Below are positions 17,931 through 26,410 of a DNA stretch of 64,000 nucleotides, in pieces. This DNA is from Anaerolineales bacterium (GTDB taxonomy: Bacteria > Chloroflexota > Anaerolineae > Anaerolineales > UBA6668), in assembly GCA_020630175.1 (NCBI GenBank), contig JAHDBW010000003.1:11982-75981 (forward strand), read 5' to 3'. The first letter of the stretch is position 1, and each line of letters opens with the position of its first letter. The notes under the pieces are model-generated. The model was not told where the DNA came from. It made no database searches and saw only the letters and a list, made by a program, of their open reading frames with translations. Both the position numbers and the translations under genes were made by a program.

Positions 17931-19970
17931 CTAATAAATTGAGCCAGTTGTTGCAGGTTGTGCAATTTGTCGCGTGGTGTGCACAAGGGAGTTGGTTGTA
18001 TCTAAGTTGTTGGTTGCAATTGTTGTGTCGTAGCGGGCAGGTAGCGTAATGCTGAACTGCGAGCCCTTCCCAGGGATGCTCTGTAAAGTAACTTCGCCTT
18101 GATGCAACTCTGCAAGTCGCTTTACTAGTGCCAGCCCTAAGCCTGATCCATCGTGGCGGCGGTCTAGCCCAGCGTCTAGCTGTACAAACGGCTGAAATAG
18201 CCGCTGTTGATCTGCGACAGGAATGCCGGGGCCGGTATCACCCACCATAAACTTGATTTGCGACGTATTGCGGTTCAAGCTTGTTTTTAGCCCAATGCGA
18301 CCGCCGGGAGGGGTAAATTTCACGGCGTTGTTGAGCAAGATAAGCAGCATTTGACGCAAGCGTTGCTCATCAGCATAAATTGATGTGATGTCAGGTGAAG
18401 GTGAGTATTTGACGCGGATGTTTTTCTCTTTTGCGGTTTCCGCAATAACATCTAGCGCGCTTTGGCAAATGTCACTGACCAAAAATTCATCTGGAAAAAT
18501 TTCTAATTCACGCGTGTCACTGCGCGTAATATCTAGAATGACATTGATAAGGTCGAGCAGGGCGCTGCCACTTTGATGAATCAAATTGACGGATTTGCGC
18601 TGTTCTGGACTGAGGGCACCGTAAATATCTGCATCTAACGACTCAGACATGCCTAAGATCGCGTTTAGCGGCGTGCGGAGTTCGTGACCCATGTTGGCCA
18701 AGAACTGATCTTTTGCAAGCAGCGCGCTTTGCAATTCATTGTTTACTGCGCCAAGCTCATGCGTGCGTTCGCTAACGCGTTGGGCCAAGCTATGGCGTTC
18801 CATCTCAAGCTCTTGGTTGACTGTTGCAAGTTCTAATGTGCGTGTTTGTACGTTTGCTTCGAGTTTTTCGTTGGCGTATTCCAATTGGCGGGCAGTGCGT
18901 CGCAATTCTGTAATATCGTGAAACACCAAAATATGCCCAACTGGAATGTTGTCATCTTTGCGGTTTTGAACATGCGAATAGTGCAGATCGTATTCGCGCA
19001 TTTCTGTGGTGCGGATATCAGACTGAATCTCGAGGGCAATTTGCATTTGCTTTGGAACATTGTTCTTTAGCAATTGCAAGACTTGCGGATAGTTTTGGAA
19101 TAACAACGCGGCGGGTTTGCCAAAGTTTCCTTTATCCCCAACGCTAAACATCTCACGTGCAACCGGATTGATTTCAACAGCACGCATTTCTGGGTCTAAT
19201 ACAATCACGGCATCGGCCAAACGGTCTAATACCGCTTGCCGTGCAATTGGGACCACATCCAACAGGCCAAACCAGAACACGCCTAATGCTAGGAAGAATG
19301 CGGTTAGTGTAAATGCAAATGGGGAAGGATCAATTAGCCCAAACGGACTGCGGCCAGAAAGGTATAGTGCGTTGGAAAGCCACGGCACAAGTACACCCAA
19401 GACGATAAAGATAACTTGCCACGAGTAGGTGGTGCGACGCCCTCTAAACAGCTTGCGCACCAGCATAATTGAGCCAATCAGCAGCAATATATAACTGTAA
19501 GCTGCATTAACGTTGAACCATTGCCCATAGCTCAAGACTTCAATTAAGGAGAAACGTGAGAAGCTGACGAGCTGATACTCATCCCAGATCAGGTTGTGAC
19601 TAGCGTTTGTGAACATCAAGAAGATGGTCACGAGCGGCACAATTAGCAGTAAGCCAACGTAGCGGTTGCGGTGTTTTGTAAAGGGTTCATAACCAGCGTA
19701 TTCAGCTGCGAAGCCTAACCACATGACGGGGATTGTGGTGATGCCAATATACTGTACCGCCGCCCAGACAATTTTGGCGTTGACCTCGTCGTTCCAGATT
19801 TCTAACGCATAGCCAAGACACCAAATTGCGCATCCTAGCGTCAATAAGGTAAATGGTTGTGATCCTGGCTTTCCAGAACGTGTGTAGGCGAATACCGCAA
19901 AAAATAGGCACAAACTTGCTGAAATAAGCAGCAAGCCGACCAATGCGTAAGATGGCTCTAGCATGGTCAT
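17931..19970 (-). CDS. sensor histidine kinase with N-terminal 7TM domain
   Basis: 7 TM helices, PAS-like region, coiled coil, H-box GHELRTPLN, and N/G1/G2 boxes (NNAVKFT, DTGPGI, GSGLGL). Confidence 0.9.
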   Translation of the reverse strand: MTMLEPSYALVGLLLISASLCLFFAVFAYTRSGKPGSQPFTLLTLGCAIWCLGYALEIWNDEVNAKIVWAAVQYIGITTIPVMWLGFAAEYAGYEPFTKHRNRYVGLLLIVPLVTIFLMFTNASHNLIWDEYQLVSFSRFSLIEVLSYGQWFNVNAAYSYILLLIGSIMLVRKLFRGRRTTYSWQVIFIVLGVLVPWLSNALYLSGRSPFGLIDPSPFAFTLTAFFLALGVFWFGLLDVVPIARQAVLDRLADAVIVLDPEMRAVEINPVAREMFSVGDKGNFGKPAALLFQNYPQVLQLLKNNVPKQMQIALEIQSDIRTTEMREYDLHYSHVQNRKDDNIPVGHILVFHDITELRRTARQLEYANEKLEANVQTRTLELATVNQELEMERHSLAQRVSERTHELGAVNNELQSALLAKDQFLANMGHELRTPLNAILGMSESLDADIYGALSPEQRKSVNLIHQSGSALLDLINVILDITRSDTRELEIFPDEFLVSDICQSALDVIAETAKEKNIRVKYSPSPDITSIYADEQRLRQMLLILLNNAVKFTPPGGRIGLKTSLNRNTSQIKFMVGDTGPGIPVADQQRLFQPFVQLDAGLDRRHDGSGLGLALVKRLAELHQGEVTLQSIPGKGSQFSITLPARYDTTIATNNLDTTNSLVHTTRQIAQPATTGSIY

Positions 19971-20188
19971 TCAAATATAGCAGAAATTAGAATAAAGTTG
20001 GAATCTAATTGGTTAGGTTTACCTGATTTTGTAAAGTATTTCGAAGAATACATTGTTTATCAGGTGATATTGCTTGTGTTTTTGCAATTTTTGCGCCACG
20101 TTACAAGACTGTCGGTATTGTTACCGGCTGTGTTTTTTTGCTGTTGTCGTAAAGACTAGCTGCTTAGTCTAGACTGTTTGGTGTTGTG

Positions 20189-21898
20189 CTACAGGTACCC
20201 TTCATCGAAATCACTTTTAGCACTTTCATAGGCAGTTTGCTGGTCGTCTTCATTTAGATACCCAACCGCACGATAAAGCGTTTCGTCATAGTCGCGGGTT
20301 TTGATCACAACTGGCATCGGCACTGCATGGCCTAATATCAATGCTTGCTGTTGCGTATCTAGCCGGGCTAACACTTCACGTAGTGAGCTTGCGCCACTAA
20401 CCCCAGAGAACACTGCGCGAATATCAGCTTCGTTATCAAGCAGGGCGGTGACGCGCGTGCCGATCTGGCTCATGACTTCATCATCGATTCCGCTTGGGCG
20501 CTGATCTACGACTAACAAAGTGACGTTGTACTTGCGTAGCTCACGGGCAATCGTGCCAAAAATTGTGTGTTTTGCAATTTCTGGATCAAGAAACTTGTGC
20601 GCTTCTTCGATCACAATCATCAGCGGTTTGGGTTGCGCGCCTTTTTGGGTTGTCGCCTTGTTTTTCGCCTCAACATAACGCTGGTGAACGCGGCGCGTGA
20701 GGTAATTTGCAACCAGCATATAGGCGGGTAGATTATCCCCATGCTTGCCAAATTCGAGCACGACACTGGTGCCATTGGTGAGCTTGTCGAAGATTTCGGT
20801 AACAACATTGTTGCTACTTTTTTCAACGAGAAAATCCATGCGCCGGAATAGTTCAAACTTCCGTTGGATAGCACTCAACGTGCCTTTGACCAACATGCCT
20901 TCATCAATAATCGTGTCGATTTCGTCACTGCCTTTTTCATCAAGTAACTTGGCGACCCAGTCTTTGCCTAATTTGCGGCGTAAATAATAGAGTGCGCCCG
21001 TTTGCACGTCGGACAGGTTCAGCATGCTGCTGAGCATTTCTACATCGGCGGGCTCAATATCTGAATATTGAATTTGGAATTCACCTGAAATTGTGTTGTT
21101 CCGCGCGCGCGATGTTTCTGCATCCAAGGTGTATAGGCTAGGGCGATTGGACGCAAGGATCTGGGTTAGCCCTTTCCACGTTTTGCCACGCTCATTCGTG
21201 ATTTCCCAGCCATAATCGCTGTGCATGTCAAAAATCAGACAAGAGGCTTTTTGCTTTGCAATCACGGCGGCTAACAAGGTCCGGGTGATAAAGGATTTCC
21301 CGGTCCCGCTCTTGCCAAACACGCCTGAAGACCGTTCTACAAAGCGATCTAGATCAAGGTTGACCTTGACGCCATCCATATCCAGCGGTGACCCGATGTA
21401 AAAGTGGTCGTCATCTTCTTCACCAAAGACTTGGTTTACGTCCTCTTCAGTGGCTTTGAAGACCGGTGAAAAGTGCGCTGGAATGGTCTTGTTAGGACGC
21501 GGTTCTTTGGCGTCTTCTTCTAACATCAACATTGGTGAGATGTTGGCGCGACCATAGGCGACGGTTGCGCGATAAATGTCCGCTAAGAATGGGCTGCTTG
21601 GGTCTGGTGGCGTTTGCTCAATGGCTGGATTGGTGTTATCTAAGATGATGTCCGTCACAATTGAGAAGAACTTCCGCTTCGTAAGCCCTTGCGCCACAAC
21701 GTAACGCCCAACGGCCATGTCTTCAATGGTTTGGCCAACGGCAGAACTGCTGTCTAGTTTGACCGTAATGCCCTTAGAAAGCGAACCGCCAACCACAACG
21801 CCGAGGCGTACGCGCGCTTCCTCACTGGCAGTGTCATTTTCTAATCCGATGGGGCGATTGTCTTCATCGCGTGGTAAAAAATCGTCTAAGTCGCTCAT
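20189..21898 (-). CDS. herA: HerA/FtsK-superfamily ATPase (DUF87-type)
   Basis: N-terminal barrel-like segment, Walker A GKSGTGKS, Walker B LMIVIEEAH, and LLVVDQRPS. Confidence 0.8.
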   Translation of the reverse strand: MSDLDDFLPRDEDNRPIGLENDTASEEARVRLGVVVGGSLSKGITVKLDSSSAVGQTIEDMAVGRYVVAQGLTKRKFFSIVTDIILDNTNPAIEQTPPDPSSPFLADIYRATVAYGRANISPMLMLEEDAKEPRPNKTIPAHFSPVFKATEEDVNQVFGEEDDDHFYIGSPLDMDGVKVNLDLDRFVERSSGVFGKSGTGKSFITRTLLAAVIAKQKASCLIFDMHSDYGWEITNERGKTWKGLTQILASNRPSLYTLDAETSRARNNTISGEFQIQYSDIEPADVEMLSSMLNLSDVQTGALYYLRRKLGKDWVAKLLDEKGSDEIDTIIDEGMLVKGTLSAIQRKFELFRRMDFLVEKSSNNVVTEIFDKLTNGTSVVLEFGKHGDNLPAYMLVANYLTRRVHQRYVEAKNKATTQKGAQPKPLMIVIEEAHKFLDPEIAKHTIFGTIARELRKYNVTLLVVDQRPSGIDDEVMSQIGTRVTALLDNEADIRAVFSGVSGASSLREVLARLDTQQQALILGHAVPMPVVIKTRDYDETLYRAVGYLNEDDQQTAYESAKSDFDEGYL

Positions 21899-22482
21899 AG
21901 TAAGCTCTCCAAGCGGCGTAAGATGGTGTCCAGACGTTGGAAGTCGTTCCCCATTAACTGGGCTAAATATTGCCCAGCGGTGCGTAGATATTGCGCCCGA
22001 TTTGGGTGGGCTTGCGCGGCTTGTTCTAGGACGCGCACGGTTAGTTCATCTGTGGGGGCGTCACTGGCTTGGAAGATCAACCTTAGAAAGTTGAAATCAC
22101 TTGTGAGCGCGGCAATTTCGGTATGTTCGCACAGCGCAATGTGGCTCAGCGTGAGCGGCGGTTGCGGTGGCAAGCCCGTGCGTACTTTTGTGCCTTGCAT
22201 ATAGCCAAGCGTTAGCACGCTTACCTCAATCGGCATTTGACGCTGCCGCTGATCTTGAATGATTTCAATCGGCGTGTCTTGATTGCCAACAATCTGCCGC
22301 ACAAGGTCATCATCTTCTAAAACAATGTTATAGATGGTGCCAATGGCGTGCGCAGTGCCGTTTTGAATAGGAACTTTTACAAATGCACCAAAATGGGGCA
22401 TCTCTGGTTTAGGAATAGCACAGCCAAAGGTGAAGCTCTGAATAGAGCTATGTAATAGCTGCCCGATTTGAATAGGCGACAT
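21895..22482 (-). CDS. 195-aa protein of unknown family, N-terminus HAS-barrel-like
   Basis: ATGA overlap with herA and a 5-nt gap after nurA. The N-terminal ~60 aa follow the same hydrophobic/Gly pattern as the HerA N-terminus. Confidence 0.6.
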   Translation of the reverse strand: MSPIQIGQLLHSSIQSFTFGCAIPKPEMPHFGAFVKVPIQNGTAHAIGTIYNIVLEDDDLVRQIVGNQDTPIEIIQDQRQRQMPIEVSVLTLGYMQGTKVRTGLPPQPPLTLSHIALCEHTEIAALTSDFNFLRLIFQASDAPTDELTVRVLEQAAQAHPNRAQYLRTAGQYLAQLMGNDFQRLDTILRRLESLL

Positions 22483-22487
22483 GATAG

Positions 22488-23717
22488 TTATCTACGTTTT
22501 TTGCGGCGTTTGGGTCTGGTAGACCCTTTCAGTTTTAGTTTGGCAGACTTGTGCGGCACGATGTTCTTCTTTAACAGTTCGCGGGTCAGCATATTTTCTA
22601 CGACCGTGCGATCTTGCGTTTGAATGACAGCTTCACCATCGGCGCGTGCCAGTGCATATGGGTAGTGCACGCCAGCGGTGTATTGTGATTGGCTGACCAA
22701 GGTTGCATGTAACAGGGCGATTTGCTCTGGATTGGTCGCAATCCACTCTGGTATTTCTACGCGCACCACGACTGGTGTTTCAGCAACCAAGCTGACATTC
22801 AAATAGAAAATGTGAATGCTATGCGTTTGATTGGCTCTTTCTTGTAAGGTGCGCTTGCGATAGGGCTCATTCCAGCCCGATGTTGTTTGGAAAATGGCGG
22901 ATCGCTCCCCCGGTCCCAAGTGTTTTTGAAACACGGCTCGATCAGAGACACCACCAAAGGGCGGCTCTTTTGCTTCAATTGCAACGTCTAATGCGTCTAT
23001 TTCAAAGCTAGACAGCCACAGCAGATTCAAAACTGGACTGCCGCCAGGTTGGTCTACATAGCCTGCCAACGCGCAGTCGCAATCGGCTAAGCGGTCCATT
23101 GCTTTTAGGTGTCGGTTATAAAGATAGCCAGTTTCACGCGCCGAAATGCCTTCCCCTTGCGTGCGGAGTGCGATTGGCCCGTCGATCAAGCTGACAACTG
23201 GGTGTGGCGAGGCTGTTCCCGTGTCAAGGCTGAGTTCGGTCAGGCCTTCCATTTCTGCCACAGTGCGACGTAAGTTGACCAGCGGCACCGTCACCATACG
23301 TCCGTCTACCAATACATCTTCATTTGATGCGGCAAGCACGGTATTGCGCACAACGGTTGGGGCTTCACCAGAGCCAATCTGGATAATAAAAGCGCCAATG
23401 TTTAACAAGTAGTATTGCAATGCAGAATGTTTATCGGGATAGATTTGAGACCCATCAACAGCGATCACCGTTGCTCTAGGCGTTTGTGCAGGGCAAGGAA
23501 AGGTTGCGGCAACATTTTCACCAGTCGGCTTCGCGCCACTCCATTCTCTGCTGGCGGCCGCGATTTCAGCTTTTGCATGCAAATCTTGCATAGCGCTAGC
23601 GGCGTTGAGTTGAATCAGCGCGGCTGGAATCAATTTGCTGTGTTGCGTAATACGATCTGCAATCGCATTACCAGCGTCTTGAATTTGGTGGGTGATGGCT
23701 TGGATGTTTATACTCAT
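22488..23717 (-). CDS. nurA: NurA-domain nuclease with polybasic C-terminal tail
   Basis: IAVDGSQ, SLIDGPIAL, GYVDQPGGS and YPYALARADGEAV motifs in NurA order. The C-terminus is KLKLKGSTRPKRRKKRR. Confidence 0.75.
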   Translation of the reverse strand: MSINIQAITHQIQDAGNAIADRITQHSKLIPAALIQLNAASAMQDLHAKAEIAAASREWSGAKPTGENVAATFPCPAQTPRATVIAVDGSQIYPDKHSALQYYLLNIGAFIIQIGSGEAPTVVRNTVLAASNEDVLVDGRMVTVPLVNLRRTVAEMEGLTELSLDTGTASPHPVVSLIDGPIALRTQGEGISARETGYLYNRHLKAMDRLADCDCALAGYVDQPGGSPVLNLLWLSSFEIDALDVAIEAKEPPFGGVSDRAVFQKHLGPGERSAIFQTTSGWNEPYRKRTLQERANQTHSIHIFYLNVSLVAETPVVVRVEIPEWIATNPEQIALLHATLVSQSQYTAGVHYPYALARADGEAVIQTQDRTVVENMLTRELLKKNIVPHKSAKLKLKGSTRPKRRKKRR

Positions 23718-23785
23718 GTCTCAGAACACGCGTTCGTATTATAGGCGAAATTTCATAATCTGGATAGGCGGTGAGTACTCCGCGT

Positions 23786-23803
23786 TTATAACAAGGTTAT
23801 AAC
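23786..23803. promoter_or_regulatory. operator-like site 1: TTATAAC-aagg-TTATAAC
   Basis: Lies between divergent -10 boxes: TATAAT at 23825-23830 (+) and TATAAT (reverse complement of 23738-23743) for nurA. One of three copies in the window. Confidence 0.55.
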
Positions 23804-23824
23804 TATGCATGCCTTGTAAATCAC

Positions 23825-24037
23825 TATAATACCCGCGCATCATTTAGTTGTACCCATGATGAAGTAGTGTTCGGCCTTGGCCGAGAGAGGATTCTTTTCG
23901 GAATGACACAACCGATATGGTTCAACAGCAGCAGCTTATAAATGCCCTTGGATGAGGGAAGTTGCCGGACAGTTGCCATCGATGTTTTGGTCTTAGCTTG
24001 ACCGCTAGAGCGCATTGTCTTTTGACAATGCGTTTTT
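23825..24037 (+). ncRNA. candidate small transcription unit (sRNA or 12-codon sORF mRNA)
   Basis: Perfect TATAAT 21 nt after site 1. Then a CUUG-loop hairpin plus GAGAGAGGAT box, ATG 23903 to TAA 23941, ending at a 9-bp-stem terminator with T5. Confidence 0.35.
24011..24037 (+). terminator. intrinsic terminator
   Basis: CGCATTGTC-TTTT-GACAATGCG followed by TTTTT. No A-run upstream, so it is plus-strand specific. Confidence 0.7.
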
Positions 24038-24073
24038 AGATTCTGATTCTGTTGATGGTTGGCGGAGGTGCTT

Positions 24074-24259
24074 ATGTTTTATAACAAACTTATAACAGCA
24101 ATGCTAAAGATCTCTCTCTATAATCAATCACGACACACTCACAGGGGCTTTCCAGCTATTTTTTGTTTAGATGCGGCTTTAAACGCCGAGAGAGGATCTG
24201 AATTGATGCGGCGGAAAGACTTCCTAACTATCCGATTTGATCACAACAATCTTTTGTAA
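24074..24259 (+). CDS. candidate 61-aa ORF (uncertain)
   Basis: Perfect SD GGAGGTG 3 nt before ATG 24074. However, the ORF contains operator site 2 and a TATAAT box and has no recognisable family. Confidence 0.25.
   Translation: MFYNKLITAMLKISLYNQSRHTHRGFPAIFCLDAALNAERGSELMRRKDFLTIRFDHNNLL
24079..24096. promoter_or_regulatory. operator-like site 2: TTATAAC-aaac-TTATAAC
   Basis: Followed after 22 nt by a perfect TATAAT (24119-24124). Same architecture as site 1. Confidence 0.55.
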
Positions 24260-24609
24260 TCACAAAATGTAAATATGCGTTACGACCTATTACAGCGGGT
24301 TTATGTTTCTAGCAACAACAGAGAGAGGCGTTGTTATGAATATTAGATCAGATGTAACCGTTGTAACACGAAGATCGATAGTGTGGTTTATGTTTCCTGC
24401 CAATATATAAGTGGCATAGAGAGGGGAATATAAAACTGCGCAGCTTTCAATAGCGATAGCTTAGAAACGCTCTAAACCAGAGAGGCTATTGGGCAGTGGG
24501 CTGAATGCTACGATCATTCACATATCAATCAGATTGTTATTACTAAGGCGCGGCGTGATCATCTGTGCTTGAGTATCCAGTTGTATTTTAAGAGAACTCA
24601 AAGGTATTT

Positions 24610-25923
24610 ATGAAATTGCTAACTAAATTGAAGCTACAGTTAAGTGTGCTCCTGGTTGTACTAGTGGCAATCTTTGCTGCACCGGTGCTTGCTGCGCCTG
24701 CGGCACAAGACTCGGTTAAGGCAACAACAGAGTATGTTGTGCAAAGTGGAGACAATCTATCCCACCTTGGACGGCGGTTTGGGATGCACCCAAGCGTTAT
24801 CATCGGCGCTAACCCGCAGTTGGTCTTTCGTCCAAACGTGTTGATTCCTGGCGAAACGCTCATCATTCCCGGTGAACATTTTGTAGGGACTGACTCCGTT
24901 GCAGACGTGCTCGCAAGCGATCCGCGCTTGTCTACGTTCCTTATTGCGGCACGCACTGCAGAATTGTTAGACGATTTGGATTATGTGGGGCGATACACGG
25001 TTTTTGTTCCAACAAATGCTGCATTTCAACAGCTTTCATCAAGTGCACGTGGTGACCTGTTGAATAACTTGGCATTTATGAACACGATTGTGCATTACCA
25101 CATTGTGCCAGAGCGTTACACAATGGCAGAGCTTGCTAATCAAAGTGCCGTGGCGTCTTATTCAGGCGCAGGCATTAGCGTGACCGGATCTGGGTCAGCA
25201 TTAGCGGTCAATGGTGTTCCCATCAGTGCGGCAAGCAGTATCGAAACGTCTAACGGCGTTGTCTACCTGCTCCCGGCACTGTTACCATTGCCAGATGATG
25301 CCCAACTCACTACTGACGCAACAACAATTGACTTTGCTTCAACATTTGATGTCAACACAGCGGGCAATGCTACGGCTGTCCAAGCTGAAATTGCTGACGT
25401 TGCTGAGGCATTAGAAGAGGGTGCGGAAACAGATACAGAAGTCCTTGGGGTTGCGCTGCCAACACCTGCCAGCACGACTAACCAAGCGCTGACAGTGGCT
25501 ACAGCCAGCTTGTCTGGGAGTAACCTACGGGTTGCACCAAATTCTGTTGTACTGAGCTGTGGTTCCTTATCAGTTTCATTAAGCGATGTCTTACAGTCAC
25601 TTAGTGGGCCGCTTAGCATAAATACCCTAGATGTTGCATATGTGCATTACCATAATGGATTTAGCCGTGGCAGTACGGAGGCTTGTGTCACCTTCACTGC
25701 TGAGGTTGCGGGGGGTAAAGCGCCACATCGAATTTTGATCAACAACATTCCGATTGTGCCGCGCAATGCCCACCTGAATTCACGGGTCGGGGGCGAATTT
25801 GGTGACATTGAATTTGACGTATTGGCAGACTGCAATCAAGCTTACTCATTTGCACTTACAGTAGAAAGTGGAGATGGTCAGCAAGCCACGCGTGTCTTCA
25901 ACCAGTTCATTCCTTGCCCATAG
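24610..25923 (+). CDS. secreted LysM + fasciclin (FAS1) domain protein
   Basis: Signal peptide; LysM (YVVQSGDNLSHLGRRFG); FAS1 motifs (TVFVPTNAAFQQL, NGVVYLL); Cys-containing C-terminal domain. Confidence 0.8.
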   Translation: MKLLTKLKLQLSVLLVVLVAIFAAPVLAAPAAQDSVKATTEYVVQSGDNLSHLGRRFGMHPSVIIGANPQLVFRPNVLIPGETLIIPGEHFVGTDSVADVLASDPRLSTFLIAARTAELLDDLDYVGRYTVFVPTNAAFQQLSSSARGDLLNNLAFMNTIVHYHIVPERYTMAELANQSAVASYSGAGISVTGSGSALAVNGVPISAASSIETSNGVVYLLPALLPLPDDAQLTTDATTIDFASTFDVNTAGNATAVQAEIADVAEALEEGAETDTEVLGVALPTPASTTNQALTVATASLSGSNLRVAPNSVVLSCGSLSVSLSDVLQSLSGPLSINTLDVAYVHYHNGFSRGSTEACVTFTAEVAGGKAPHRILINNIPIVPRNAHLNSRVGGEFGDIEFDVLADCNQAYSFALTVESGDGQQATRVFNQFIPCP

Positions 25924-25978
25924 CGTGTAAGCAACACTCTTTGTGCAGTTGAAAGACCGTACAATTGAATATCGATCT

Positions 25979-26010
25979 AAAAAGCGCACCTAGCTGGGTG
26001 CGCTTTTTTG
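25979..26010 (+). terminator. intrinsic terminator
   Basis: GCGCACC-TAGCTG-GGTGCGC followed by TTTTTT. Confidence 0.7.
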
Positions 26011-26023
26011 TTATTATGCCTGC

Positions 26024-26410
26024 ATGGCAAACACATTTTCTCAATTTGTAACGTTTATTTATGTTAGTGATCTGAAGGCGTCTGCGGCGTTTTATGGCGG
26101 GCAACTTGGGTTAGAGTTAGTTTTAGATCAAGGCAGTTGCTATATTTTTCGCGTGGCTGGCGATGCGTTCTTAGGGGTTTGTGAAACAAAAAATGCCTTC
26201 ACAAACCGTGAAGGCATTATCATAACGCTCGTTTCAGAGGCAGTAGCGGATTGGGCGCTGCAATTACAAAAGCAGGGCGTTGTAATTGAAAAAGGGCCGT
26301 TACTCAATGCGCAATACAATATTTACCATTGCTTTTTGCGTGACCCCGATGGCTACTTGATTGAAATCCAACAGTTTCTAGATCCAGCTTGGCCAGCGCC
26401 GCTTACTTGA
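26024..26410 (+). CDS. VOC/glyoxalase-family protein
   Basis: 128 aa, VOC-like pattern (FVTFIYVSDLKASAAFY ... LRDPDGYLIEI). Confidence 0.75.
   Translation: MANTFSQFVTFIYVSDLKASAAFYGGQLGLELVLDQGSCYIFRVAGDAFLGVCETKNAFTNREGIIITLVSEAVADWALQLQKQGVVIEKGPLLNAQYNIYHCFLRDPDGYLIEIQQFLDPAWPAPLT

Noticed and set aside
23884-24485. T-box or other known riboswitch class, suggested by the repeated AGAGAG strings
   Set aside because: There is no T-box sequence, specifier-loop/antiterminator arrangement or aminoacyl-tRNA-related downstream gene, and I could not match any known aptamer consensus. The observation is kept only as an unexplained repeat in the findings.
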